From Ilumatobacteraceae bacterium (lineage in GTDB: Bacteria; Actinomycetota; Acidimicrobiia; Acidimicrobiales; Ilumatobacteraceae): 64,000 nucleotides of DNA. The position numbers and the translations under genes were made by a program. The notes beneath the pieces were generated by a model. That model was given only the letters and a program-made list of their open reading frames with translations. It searched no databases and was not told where the DNA came from. The stretch is taken from assembly GCA_017853385.1 (NCBI GenBank), contig JAFMJR010000002.1, forward strand, positions 120 through 64,119, in the 5' to 3' direction. This document shows positions 1 to 9,248 of this stretch, piece by piece (the stretch's first letter is position 1; every line of letters starts with the position of its first letter).

Positions 1-8
1 TCACAGAG

Positions 9-866
9 GTGCCGTACTATTTGCTCATGGCAAACCCTCTATTAAATGACAAAGCATTTTCGAAAGCTGTAGAAAAAACCCCAGAACAGGCAGGCTGGGC
101 AGCCCCGCAAGGCGGAACCGCCGCCAGCGCCCCAACAACGTGGAACGCGCCTATTTCGGACGGCCCTGTTTCGCCATGGCGTTCAGCAAACCCAATGACC
201 GCCAACGGCGCAATGAGCGCGACCCTGTTCCTCATGGTGCTCTTGGTTGGCGCAGCCACATTTGGCTGGAGCTCAGTTCAGCCAGTTGGAATTGGCGAGA
301 GCATTGCCTTCCCGGGCTGGGCAATGATCGCCCTGATCGTCGGATTCGTGAGCGTCTTGGTTGCAACTTTCAAGCCAACAGCAGCTCGCTTTCTTGCTCC
401 GGTGTATGCGTTGGCGCAAGGTGCGGTAGTTGGTGCGGTGTCGAAGGTATTCAACATCCAATACCCAGGAATTGTGTTGCAAGCAGTAGGCGCAACCATT
501 GGTGTGTTTGTAGTGATGCTCACGCTGTATCGCACTGGCGTGTTGCGCGTAACTGACAAATTCCGTCGAATCGTTGTTGGTGCAACGCTTGGGCTCGCAG
601 TGTTTTACTTGTTCTCGTTTATTGCCGGTTTCTTTGGTGCCGATTTGATTCCAAGCGGATCAAGCGGAATGAGCATTGGTTTCAGCGTGCTTGTTGCAGG
701 ATTGGCCGCAATGAACCTTGCACTTGACTTTGACTTCATTGACAAAGCAGAAGCTGCAGGTGCACCGAAACACATGGAGTGGTTCGCAGCGCTCGGCATC
801 ATGGTCACACTCGTGTGGCTGTACCTCGAAATTTTGCGCTTGCTCGCAAAAATGCGTGACCGCTAA
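9..866 (+). CDS. Bax inhibitor-1/YccA-like integral membrane protein
   Basis: 285-aa ORF. A Pro/Ala-rich soluble N-terminus is followed by about seven hydrophobic helices and a short basic tail, resembling actinobacterial BI-1/YccA-family proteins. The track start is GTG 9; ATG 27 (MANPLLN) is equally plausible. Confidence 0.5.
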   Translation: MPYYLLMANPLLNDKAFSKAVEKTPEQAGWAAPQGGTAASAPTTWNAPISDGPVSPWRSANPMTANGAMSATLFLMVLLVGAATFGWSSVQPVGIGESIAFPGWAMIALIVGFVSVLVATFKPTAARFLAPVYALAQGAVVGAVSKVFNIQYPGIVLQAVGATIGVFVVMLTLYRTGVLRVTDKFRRIVVGATLGLAVFYLFSFIAGFFGADLIPSGSSGMSIGFSVLVAGLAAMNLALDFDFIDKAEAAGAPKHMEWFAALGIMVTLVWLYLEILRLLAKMRDR

Positions 867-1024
867 GCGTGACGAGCAGTTGGGTTGGCGCTGAGCACTT
901 CCTCGCTCAGCGCTGAACCCGAAATTTCATCAGTGAAATAGGTGCCAGATTCAAGGCGCTCGAGCGCAACTTCAACATCGTTCAAGTTGGCTTCAATTGC
1001 GTCAAGGTCTAGTGCGTCACTCAT
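863..1024 (-). CDS. small acidic protein with a DksA/TraR-like helix but no zinc finger (hypothetical)
   Basis: The track ORF is 863..1057 (GTG). ATG 1024 gives MSDALDLDAIEANLNDVEVALERLESGTYF..., which resembles the segment preceding the C4 finger of TraR/DksA proteins, but the ORF has no cysteine. Its stop overlaps the stop of the convergent gene (CTAA). Confidence 0.3.
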   Translation of the reverse strand: MSDALDLDAIEANLNDVEVALERLESGTYFTDEISGSALSEEVLSANPTARHA

Positions 1025-1074
1025 GCGCACCAGCATATGCGATGTGGTGAAATCCACCGCTAGGGTTTGGCGCT

Positions 1075-1629
1075 ATGTCGAACTTCCCACCACTAGATGG
1101 ATCAGCACCTAAGAAGCAAAAATTTGATGCAGCGCCAGAGATGGGCATTGATCCATCAAAGCGTTACACCGCAACCATGGAAACCAGCATGGGCACATTG
1201 GTCATTGCGCTTGACCCAATTGCTGCGCCGATCACGGTGAACAACTTTGTGTATCTTGCAGCACAGCATTATTACGACGGAGTAATTTTTCACCGCATCA
1301 TTCAAGGATTCGTCTGTCAAGGTGGCGACCCTGACGGCAATGGTCGTGGTGGCCCTGGCTACCGATTTGTCGATGAGTTGCCAAAGCCTGGCAAATATCA
1401 AATCGGCTCACTCGCTATGGCAAATGCGGGACCAAACACCAATGGTTCACAGTTCTTCATCATTAGCGGACCAAGCGGTGTGCAATTGCCGCCTCTCTAT
1501 TCGTTGTTTGGTCAGGTCGTAAAAGGCCTCGACATTGTGGAGATGATGCAGAACGTGCCAACGGGTCCTGGCGATCGTCCAAAGGACGACGTTGTCATTC
1601 GTTCAGTAACGATTACCGTCGCCGACTAG
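1075..1629 (+). CDS. cyclophilin-type peptidyl-prolyl cis-trans isomerase
   Basis: 184 aa with cyclophilin signatures FHRIIQGFVCQGGDP and SLAMANAGPNTNGSQFFI. Confidence 0.9.
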   Translation: MSNFPPLDGSAPKKQKFDAAPEMGIDPSKRYTATMETSMGTLVIALDPIAAPITVNNFVYLAAQHYYDGVIFHRIIQGFVCQGGDPDGNGRGGPGYRFVDELPKPGKYQIGSLAMANAGPNTNGSQFFIISGPSGVQLPPLYSLFGQVVKGLDIVEMMQNVPTGPGDRPKDDVVIRSVTITVAD

Positions 1630-1649
1630 TACTTTCTCAACGGCACTTC

Positions 1650-2822
1650 ATGGCCAAGCGATTCGACAGTCTGTCGATAGCTGATGCACGAAAGCTTGCG
1701 GTAGCCGCACAGGGTTTTGATACCCCGCGTCCACAAACGAAGGCAACGCAGCGGCAAGTTGATGCGACTATTGCTCGCCTTGGCGTGGTGCAGATTGATT
1801 CAGTGAATGTTTTGGTGCGCAGTCAAGAGCTGCCGCTATTTGCACGCCTGGGCAATCACAATCGCAATGCAATTCCCAAAGCAACCGAAGCGAAAAAGAT
1901 ATTTGAATACTGGGGACACGAGGCAGCGCATTTGCCAGTTAGTTTGCATCCACTGTTTCGATGGAAAATGAATGCAGCACGAACGGGAAAAGTGACGCAC
2001 TGGGGGCTCACTAGTTTTTATGAAGAGAACAAGGCGTTCGTAAAACGCACGTTGAAACATGTAGAGAAGAATGGTCCAACAACTTCGCGTGAACTTTCTA
2101 CACGCACAGAAAAAAAGGGCACGTGGTGGGACTGGGACGAAGCGAAAGTTGCGCTCGAATATTTGTTTCTCACTGGTCAGCTGATGTCGCGCGGTCGCGG
2201 CTCAGATTTTGCACGCATTTACGACACTCCGGAAAGAGTGTTGCCAAGACATGTTTTAGATGCACCAACCCCAAGCGAGGACAATGCTCGCAAACAGTTA
2301 CTGGTGCGTTCAGCAATTGCGCAAGGCGTAGCAACCGTAAGTGACCTGGCTGACTATTACCGGCAAAAGCCAGCTGCTGTGAGGCCTCTCATTGCCGAAT
2401 TAGTAGAAGAAGGAGAGTTACGCGCGGTTGCTGTTGACGGTTGGACAGAAAAGGCATTTGTGCACCGAAATGCCAAGTTGCCAAAACAACTCCATGCGAC
2501 AGCGTTGCTCTCTCCGTTTGATTCACTCGTGTGGTGTCGACCACGCAACGAACGATTATTCAATTTTCATTACCGAATCGAGATTTACACGCCAAAAGAA
2601 AAGCGAAAGTTTGGTTACTACGTACTGCCGTTCATGATGAATGGAGAATTGGTTGGCAGGGTGGACTTGAAGGGCGACCGAGGTAATTCAACACTGTTGG
2701 TAAATAGCGTCCATGTTGAAAAAGGCGTGAAACGCTCGGCAATTAGCGATGCGCTAAATACCGAGCTACACACGATGGCCAATTGGCTGGGTCTTGAACA
2801 AGTGCAAATTGCTCGTGGGTAG
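1650..2822 (+). CDS. winged-helix YcaQ/AlkZ-like protein (DUF1006 family)
   Basis: 390 aa. The N-terminal LSIADARKLAVAAQGF, central GTWWDWDE and C-terminal FGYYVLPF...GRVDLK segments match my recollection of the YcaQ family. Recognition only. Confidence 0.6.
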   Translation: MAKRFDSLSIADARKLAVAAQGFDTPRPQTKATQRQVDATIARLGVVQIDSVNVLVRSQELPLFARLGNHNRNAIPKATEAKKIFEYWGHEAAHLPVSLHPLFRWKMNAARTGKVTHWGLTSFYEENKAFVKRTLKHVEKNGPTTSRELSTRTEKKGTWWDWDEAKVALEYLFLTGQLMSRGRGSDFARIYDTPERVLPRHVLDAPTPSEDNARKQLLVRSAIAQGVATVSDLADYYRQKPAAVRPLIAELVEEGELRAVAVDGWTEKAFVHRNAKLPKQLHATALLSPFDSLVWCRPRNERLFNFHYRIEIYTPKEKRKFGYYVLPFMMNGELVGRVDLKGDRGNSTLLVNSVHVEKGVKRSAISDALNTELHTMANWLGLEQVQIARG

Positions 2823-2832
2823 CCTGTAGCGC

Positions 2833-3582
2833 ATGAAACCAATCATCGCTATTGCAGGTCGTGTTGGCCCAGCCAGCCGAGTGTCGCGCAGTGCGGTGCA
2901 TTTTGCGGGCGATGTATATACAAATGCGGTATTGCGTGCTGGCGGTGAACCCGCGGTAGTTGTGCCTCAGCAACTCAGTGACGACGACGCTGACGAACTG
3001 ATGTCGCGTTTTGATGGCTTGGTGCTTATGGGTGGTGGCGACGTAGACCCGAAGTTGTATGGCCAAGAGCCAAGCGTTTATGTGTACGGAATTTTGACCG
3101 AGCAAGACATCTTTGAATCCACCATGGTGAAGGCAGCAATTCGCATGGGTAAACCGGTTTTAGCAATTTGTCGAGGTTTGCAAATTACCAATGTTGCATT
3201 AGGCGGCACTTTGGTTCAGGAAATCGCAACATTGCCAAATGCCGATACTCAAGTACTTCATAAACCAGACAACTTTCCTGAAGGTGCACCGTTTGCAGTT
3301 CACGAGGTGCGTATTTCAGAAGGCAGCAAATTGGCAACTGCTCTTGGTGTGACCGCCGTGCGAGGAGCATCCTTTCATCACCAAATCGTCGACAAAGTTG
3401 CTCCTGGGTGTGTTGCCGTTGCTTGGGCAGAAGATGGTTTGTTGGAAGGTATTGAGCACACCGACCATTGGTTAGTTGGAGTGCAATGGCACCCAGAAGA
3501 CACCGCTCACCAAGATTCGGTGCAGCAAAACCTGTACAACGCTTTTGTTGCTCAGGCTAAATCGGTTGCACCATTGCGTTGA
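2833..3582 (+). CDS. class I glutamine amidotransferase, gamma-glutamyl-GABA hydrolase (PuuD / peptidase C26)-like
   Basis: 249 aa with nucleophile elbow AICRGLQ, SFHHQ and VQWHPE catalytic motifs. Confidence 0.8.
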   Translation: MKPIIAIAGRVGPASRVSRSAVHFAGDVYTNAVLRAGGEPAVVVPQQLSDDDADELMSRFDGLVLMGGGDVDPKLYGQEPSVYVYGILTEQDIFESTMVKAAIRMGKPVLAICRGLQITNVALGGTLVQEIATLPNADTQVLHKPDNFPEGAPFAVHEVRISEGSKLATALGVTAVRGASFHHQIVDKVAPGCVAVAWAEDGLLEGIEHTDHWLVGVQWHPEDTAHQDSVQQNLYNAFVAQAKSVAPLR

Positions 3583-4484
3583 TACGGTGAAGTTGGCGCG
3601 GTAATCCAACGAAGTCCTCGGGTGAATAAACCACCAAGAGGTCGAAGTGCAAATCGTTCACTCACTGGCAAATAAGGAATGCGCAACATATCGCGTGACC
3701 ATGCGGGCAAAGTTGCAACTGTTGCCGCAACAAGTGAGTAATACGCAGCTCGTGCTGGGTAGGGCAATGGCGGGTTAAACATCAGGTACTTAATGGCATC
3801 GCGGCTTTCGGCAGTGCTCTGCAATTCGTTTTTAAACGATTTCATTTGGTCGCGAAGTGCTTGTTCGGTTTTTGGCGGAGCAGGAACTCCGAGCTTGGCC
3901 GCAATCATTGACATGTCTTCCACATAGCCATCACGCTGTTCTTGTGTCAGCACATGTTCTCCGAAAAGCGTGTGTGCAGTAAGGAAACTGTCAACTTCAA
4001 CGACATGCACCCAACGAAGTAGATGTGGGTCATTAGCAGAGTACGACCTTCCATCACTGGCTTGACCAACCACAAAACTGTGCACATGCAAGATGCGATC
4101 AATAATTCGCTGGGCCTCGTCTGCTGGACCAAATGTTGTTGCTGCTAAAAAATCTGCAGTGCGTTGCAGTCGACCCCAAGGATCATTTTTGTAGTCAGAG
4201 TGTTGTGCAACTCCGGCCATTGCAAGTGGATGCAGGGTTTGAAGCAGCAGTGCGCGTAACCCTCCTATGAACATTGATGCGTCTGCATGCACTATGCGAA
4301 TAGGGCGATCATCTCCGAACCACCTTGGCCCCTCAACATCCATGATTTGTTGAACCCGTGTATCTGCGTTTGGCCCAACAACGCGACTACGCAATGCATC
4401 ACCCAAAGAGTCACGGAGTTCATTGATTCGCTCCTGAATATTGAGTGATTCTGCGATGTTCACAAGTCCATCGTGCCATCTCAA
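3552..4484 (-). CDS. MpaB/DUF2236-family putative oxygenase
   Basis: 310 aa. The LLLQTLHPLAMAGVAQHS and DPHLLRWVH segments resemble DUF2236. The track start is TTG, so the true start is uncertain. Its 3' end overlaps the convergent upstream gene by 31 nt. Confidence 0.5.
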   Translation of the reverse strand: MRWHDGLVNIAESLNIQERINELRDSLGDALRSRVVGPNADTRVQQIMDVEGPRWFGDDRPIRIVHADASMFIGGLRALLLQTLHPLAMAGVAQHSDYKNDPWGRLQRTADFLAATTFGPADEAQRIIDRILHVHSFVVGQASDGRSYSANDPHLLRWVHVVEVDSFLTAHTLFGEHVLTQEQRDGYVEDMSMIAAKLGVPAPPKTEQALRDQMKSFKNELQSTAESRDAIKYLMFNPPLPYPARAAYYSLVAATVATLPAWSRDMLRIPYLPVSERFALRPLGGLFTRGLRWITAPTSPYQRNGATDLA

Positions 4485-4540
4485 TGGTCAATATGCACAG
4501 TCACGCTCGGCAGTACTGTGGATATGTGACTACAAACCCA

Positions 4541-5629
4541 ATGCCAAAATGGGTGCCAAGAGCCATCGTGCTGTTTTGGATGATGTTTCTTGCTGCCCTT
4601 GTCGCACGTGAACTCTTTCATCAACTGTCAAGCTTTTTGTTGCTTGTGCTTGTTTCTATATTTCTTGCACTCGCGATTGAGCCAGGTGTCAATCGTTTAG
4701 CAAAACGTGGTTGGCGACGCGGTTCTGGAACTCTGCTCATTATTTTTGGCGTCATTTCGTTCTTGGGAGTATTTCTTGGCGCAGTGGGAACTTTGGTAGG
4801 TAACCAGGTTGCCGATGTTTTAAAGAACTCAGAAATGTATGTAAGCGACACGGTTGATTTCGTAAACAGCACGTTCAACGCAAACATTGATCCGGCAGAA
4901 GTAAATGCATCAATTGCCGACCCAACAGGACCGGTGCAGAAATTTATTAAGCGTCAACAAGGCAAAGTGATTTCGCTTTCCGTAAATGCGCTTGGTGCTT
5001 CATTGCAGCTGTTGACGATTGTGTTATTCACCTTTTATTTAGTTGCAGATGGGCCGCGCTTGCGCCGTGTGATCTGTAGTCGATTACCCGAATCTAAACA
5101 GCGCGCAGTATTGCGAACTTGGGAATTGGCAATTGAGAAAACTGGTGGATATTTGTATTCACGAGCTCTATTGGCGTTAGTTTCCGCGTTCTTCCATTGG
5201 ATCGCTTTTCAAGCGATTGGTACACCAGCGCCAATCGCAATGGCGTTATGGGTCGGAATTGTTTCTCAGTTTCTTCCTGTTGTCGGCACGTACCTTGCCG
5301 GAATACTCCCGCTGATGTTGACGTTCTTCGACTCACCTTTCAAGGCATTGCTTGTTGTTGCATTTGTGTTGGTGTATCAGCAGTTGGAGAACTATCTCAT
5401 TTCACCGCGAATTACAGCACGCACACTGCACGTTCATGCTGCCGTTGCTTTTGGATCTGCAATAGTTGGCGGCGCAATTCTTGGACCAGTTGGAGCCGTA
5501 CTTGCTTTGCCGGCTGCTGCAATGATTCAAGCACTGGTAGGTAGCTGGGGGCCACGTCACGATGTTGTTGACGACGATCTTGTGCGCATGCCTACGCCAA
5601 AGACAAACCGTAAATCGCGCAAAAAGTAA
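4541..5629 (+). CDS. AI-2E family (PerM/UPF0118) transporter
   Basis: Multi-helix membrane protein with the family-typical YQQLENYLISPRI motif. The track ORF starts at 4445 and would overlap the divergent gene, so ATG 4541 (MPKWVPRAIV) or GTG 4526 is preferred. Confidence 0.75.
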   Translation: MPKWVPRAIVLFWMMFLAALVARELFHQLSSFLLLVLVSIFLALAIEPGVNRLAKRGWRRGSGTLLIIFGVISFLGVFLGAVGTLVGNQVADVLKNSEMYVSDTVDFVNSTFNANIDPAEVNASIADPTGPVQKFIKRQQGKVISLSVNALGASLQLLTIVLFTFYLVADGPRLRRVICSRLPESKQRAVLRTWELAIEKTGGYLYSRALLALVSAFFHWIAFQAIGTPAPIAMALWVGIVSQFLPVVGTYLAGILPLMLTFFDSPFKALLVVAFVLVYQQLENYLISPRITARTLHVHAAVAFGSAIVGGAILGPVGAVLALPAAAMIQALVGSWGPRHDVVDDDLVRMPTPKTNRKSRKK

Positions 5630-6076
5630 TTAACGATTAAGGGGAGTTGCGCCGGCAGTTGTGCCTTCGTGCCAGGTGTCCCCGGCAATAAGTGCACGCA
5701 CTGCACGCTGAATTCGTAAAGCATCAAGCGGCTTTACAATCCAGCCCTCTGCTCCACTTCGACGAGCCAAGTGAACATCGGCATCGCGATCAAGCAACAT
5801 GAGCACAGGAATATGTGGAATGCGATGATCGCTGTGATCGAGACGCAAATCCATTGTCACTGCCATGCCGCCCATGGATCCGAACTGCAAGTCAAGGATT
5901 GCAATATCTGGTGTGCGTGTTTCTATTGCCTCTGGAACATCGCGACCATTGCTGCATACCGTAAACGAATTTTCTGGAGAACTAAGTGCGGCAAGCACTT
6001 CATCGAGTACCCACTGGGCATCAGTTCCAACCAAAATATGCACGTGAGAAGCATATCTCTCAGCACTATTGGGCAA
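5630..6076 (-). CDS. stand-alone response-regulator receiver domain protein
   Basis: 148 aa with a receiver-like pattern: HILVGTD, DIAILDLQFGSMGG (candidate phospho-Asp) and WIVKPLD (conserved Lys). There is no output domain and no kinase gene nearby. Confidence 0.65.
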   Translation of the reverse strand: MPNSAERYASHVHILVGTDAQWVLDEVLAALSSPENSFTVCSNGRDVPEAIETRTPDIAILDLQFGSMGGMAVTMDLRLDHSDHRIPHIPVLMLLDRDADVHLARRSGAEGWIVKPLDALRIQRAVRALIAGDTWHEGTTAGATPLNR

Positions 6077-6082
6077 TAGGAG

Positions 6083-7495
6083 ATGACTCCATGGTCATGG
6101 CGCGGATACCGTACAGGTGCAGTTCTGCTCACCCCGGAGGTTTTTGTGCACAGGTTTTCGCGTGTTTCTCGGCTTGGAATAGCCGCACTTGCGATCGGCG
6201 CAGTGTCGTGTTTATTTGGGGGCTCAGCGGGAGCAGAATCGGCTTCTGATCTTGCTCCGGTCGACATTGTTGCCGTGAGCGGACTGATTGACAATGTCGT
6301 GGTTGCCGAAATTGAGCAAGCTTTAGATCGTTCAGAATCAAATGGAGCGCAAGCGGTAGTTCTGCAATTGAATTCTCGTGGCGCTGTGGTGTCGCATGAG
6401 CGAATGGCTGAACTACTCGGAAAGATTTCGCAAGCCACAATTCCGGTTGCGGTGTGGGTGGGGCCTTCTGGAGCACGCGCTTACGGATTGTCGGCACAAA
6501 TTCTTGCCGTTGCTGATGTGCGTGCGATGGCGCCAGGTGCACGTATTGGATATACGGGTCAAGCATTGTCGGTTAATGGTTCCGAAGTTTCTTTTGGTTC
6601 AGTTGGAGCATTGCTTCGAACATCAACGCTTGGATTTAGTGAAGCACGAAAAGAAGGCTTGTTGAATTACGCGGGCGATGATCAAGGTGTGCCAGTAGTG
6701 CGCAATATGTTGCTTGCACTTGATGGCATCAAAGTGGGAAACACCGAACTGAATACCGTTGTTGAAAAAGTTGATAGCAGCGGACAAATTGTTCGTGATG
6801 CAACTTCTGCGCGATTTTTCAAATTGAATCTCACTGGCCAATTGATGCACACCGTTGCAAGCCCACCTGTCGCTTATCTGTTGTTTGCAATCGGTTTGTC
6901 GCTCTTGGTATTTGAATTCTTTACAGCGGGAATCGGAATTGCCGGAGTAGTTGGCGCAATTTGCGCCATGCTCGGAACATACGGTCTTGCATCACTTCCA
7001 ATACGTGGCTGGGCTGTTGCGCTCATCATTCTTGCAATCGTTGCATTTGCGGTAGATGTTCAAGTTGGTGTTCCGCGTTTTTGGACTGGTGCTGGATTAG
7101 TGATGTTTGTTGTTGCATCCTTTGCGCTGTATCAGCCAATTGATGGCAGCAATATGAGAATGTCGTGGATCACCTTGGTATCTGGCATCGGCATGATGGC
7201 ACTCGCATTCATTGTGGGAATGCCAAGCATGGTGCGAACTCGATTTGCAACACCAACAATAGGTAGAGAGTGGCTTATCGGCACCGAAGGAATTGCGGTA
7301 AGTGATGTGAGTCCAGAAGGAATCGTGAAGGTGCATGATGCACAGTGGCGTGCACGTACCAATCGATCAACACCAATTACTGCGGGAAGCCCGTTTCGTG
7401 TTGCAGCAATTGATGGTGTGACACTTGAAATTGAGCCTCTAGAAGGCGCGGCTCGCGACTACCGAGAAAAGCGAAAAGATTCAAGTGAGCAATGA
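6083..7495 (+). CDS. long NfeD-family membrane-bound ClpP-class serine protease
   Basis: 470 aa. It has a signal/anchor, a ClpP/crotonase-like N-domain, a central block of TM helices and a C-terminal soluble domain (VHDAQWRAR...FRVAAIDGVTLEIEP), as in COG1030 NfeD proteins. Confidence 0.6.
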   Translation: MTPWSWRGYRTGAVLLTPEVFVHRFSRVSRLGIAALAIGAVSCLFGGSAGAESASDLAPVDIVAVSGLIDNVVVAEIEQALDRSESNGAQAVVLQLNSRGAVVSHERMAELLGKISQATIPVAVWVGPSGARAYGLSAQILAVADVRAMAPGARIGYTGQALSVNGSEVSFGSVGALLRTSTLGFSEARKEGLLNYAGDDQGVPVVRNMLLALDGIKVGNTELNTVVEKVDSSGQIVRDATSARFFKLNLTGQLMHTVASPPVAYLLFAIGLSLLVFEFFTAGIGIAGVVGAICAMLGTYGLASLPIRGWAVALIILAIVAFAVDVQVGVPRFWTGAGLVMFVVASFALYQPIDGSNMRMSWITLVSGIGMMALAFIVGMPSMVRTRFATPTIGREWLIGTEGIAVSDVSPEGIVKVHDAQWRARTNRSTPITAGSPFRVAAIDGVTLEIEPLEGAARDYREKRKDSSEQ

Positions 7496-8405
7496 CGCTG
7501 TAGTTCGACGTGAAGCGTCCGAGTCTGCACCCCTTCAACCCCTTGACTGGTTGTTGCTTGTCATTCCAGGTCTGATTTGGGGATCGTCGTTTTATTTCAT
7601 TGATATTGGGTTGGATTCATTTGCACCTGGCCTGATTACACCGATGCGCGTGTTGTTTGGCTGCATCACGTTGAGCCTCATTCCCAAAGCTCGTAAGCCG
7701 GTGCCAAAAAAGGCATGGCCAAACATCGTGGTGTTGTCATTGGTGTGGCTGGCAATTCCACTCACCGTTTTTCCGTATGCAGAGCAACATGTGTCAAGCA
7801 GCGTTACGGGAATGCTGAATGGTGCGACACCGTTATTTGTTGCAGTAGTCGCGTCAGTTATTGCAAAGCGGCTACCCCCGCGCGGGCAAATGCTTGGTCT
7901 TGCAATTGGATTTGGAGGAGTCGTGCTGATTGCTCTTCCATCTATTCGTGAAAGCTCATCAAGTTTTTTTGGTGTGACGCTAATTCTTGGCGCTCTTGTG
8001 ATGTATGGCTTTGCATTGAATGTGGCGTCGCCCTTGCAGCAGTTGTATGGCTCGCTACCTGTTTTGCTACGAGCAGAGATTGTTGCTGTTGTATTGCTTG
8101 CACCTCTTGGGGTCTATTCGCTCATCAACAATGACCGACCATTTGCATGGGGACCCTTTGCCGCGATGCTGGCACTAGGAGTTCTTGGCACGGCCATGGC
8201 GCATTATGCAATGGTCACATTGTCTGGTCGAATTGGGTCGACGCGTGCAGCCGGCAGTTTGTATCTCATGCCTGCAGTTTCGTTGGTGCTTGGTGTTTTT
8301 GTGAATCATGAAACTGTTGCGCCACTCGCAGTTGCTGGCAGTGCGGTTGCTGTTCTTGGCGCATACGTGCTTGGACGCAGCAAGCGAGTAACGGTAAGTA
8401 AGTAG
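7485..8405 (+). CDS. EamA/DMT-family transporter
   Basis: 306 aa with about ten hydrophobic helices in two repeats. It overlaps the preceding gene by 11 nt. Confidence 0.7.
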   Translation: MSNDAVVRREASESAPLQPLDWLLLVIPGLIWGSSFYFIDIGLDSFAPGLITPMRVLFGCITLSLIPKARKPVPKKAWPNIVVLSLVWLAIPLTVFPYAEQHVSSSVTGMLNGATPLFVAVVASVIAKRLPPRGQMLGLAIGFGGVVLIALPSIRESSSSFFGVTLILGALVMYGFALNVASPLQQLYGSLPVLLRAEIVAVVLLAPLGVYSLINNDRPFAWGPFAAMLALGVLGTAMAHYAMVTLSGRIGSTRAAGSLYLMPAVSLVLGVFVNHETVAPLAVAGSAVAVLGAYVLGRSKRVTVSK

Positions 8406-8414
8406 TACACGTGG

Positions 8415-9248
8415 GTGCAACAAATGGCTGAACAAGAGTTTGATCCAGTAATGGTTCCGATTCGTCCTGCAGCAACGGTGATGTTGGTGCGCGATCATCC
8501 ACTTAATGGCGTTGAAGTATTTATGTTGCAACGGACACTGAATGCCGCATTTGCCAAAGGCATGTACGTGTTTCCTGGCGGAAGAGTGGATGCCAACGAC
8601 GCCGAGTCCACTTTGGAAGCACATTGCGATGGAATGACCGATGAAGAGGCAAGTGCATTACTTGGAATTCCTCACGGTGGGCTTTCGTATTGGGTAGCAG
8701 TGATTCGTGAATGCTTCGAAGAAGCGGGAGTACTGCTCGCTCGGCCAGCAGATGGTCAAGATCTGATTCGATTTGAAGACGAAGATGTGATCGCTCGGTT
8801 CAACAAAGCCCGACACAGCGTTCACGAGGGTGAAACTTCAATGATGCAATTGTGTGATGCCGAACGGCTTCGGCTAATCACCGACAACATTCACTATGTC
8901 AGTCACTGGATCACGCCACTTGGCGAGCCACGCCGCTTTGACACACGATTCTTTGTAGCACGAGCCCCAGAAGGCCAAGATCCGTTGCATGATGACAGTG
9001 AAACGATTGCAAGTTTGTGGGTAACGCCTGCAGACGCACTCGAACGCCAGCGCAGTGGAGACTTGGCCATGATGCCCCCAACCATTCGTAATCTTGAGTT
9101 TTTATTGCCGCATTCAACGACTACCGAAGTGCTTGCTGCTGCAAAAAAGATCGGCACACCAACCACCATCATTCCGCAACTAAGAGTTGACGCTGAAGGA
9201 CGCGTGGTTGGCATTTCGATGCCGGGTGATGCTGACTATCAGAATTAA
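8415..9248 (+). CDS. NUDIX hydrolase
   Basis: 277 aa with a Nudix-box core, FPGGRVD ... AVIRECFEEAGVLL. Confidence 0.8.
   Translation: MQQMAEQEFDPVMVPIRPAATVMLVRDHPLNGVEVFMLQRTLNAAFAKGMYVFPGGRVDANDAESTLEAHCDGMTDEEASALLGIPHGGLSYWVAVIRECFEEAGVLLARPADGQDLIRFEDEDVIARFNKARHSVHEGETSMMQLCDAERLRLITDNIHYVSHWITPLGEPRRFDTRFFVARAPEGQDPLHDDSETIASLWVTPADALERQRSGDLAMMPPTIRNLEFLLPHSTTTEVLAAAKKIGTPTTIIPQLRVDAEGRVVGISMPGDADYQN

Noticed and set aside
5923-6438. 171-aa minus-strand ORF spanning the receiver gene / NfeD boundary
   Set aside because: It overlaps two better-supported genes on both strands and has a low-complexity Ser/Thr/Ala/Arg composition.
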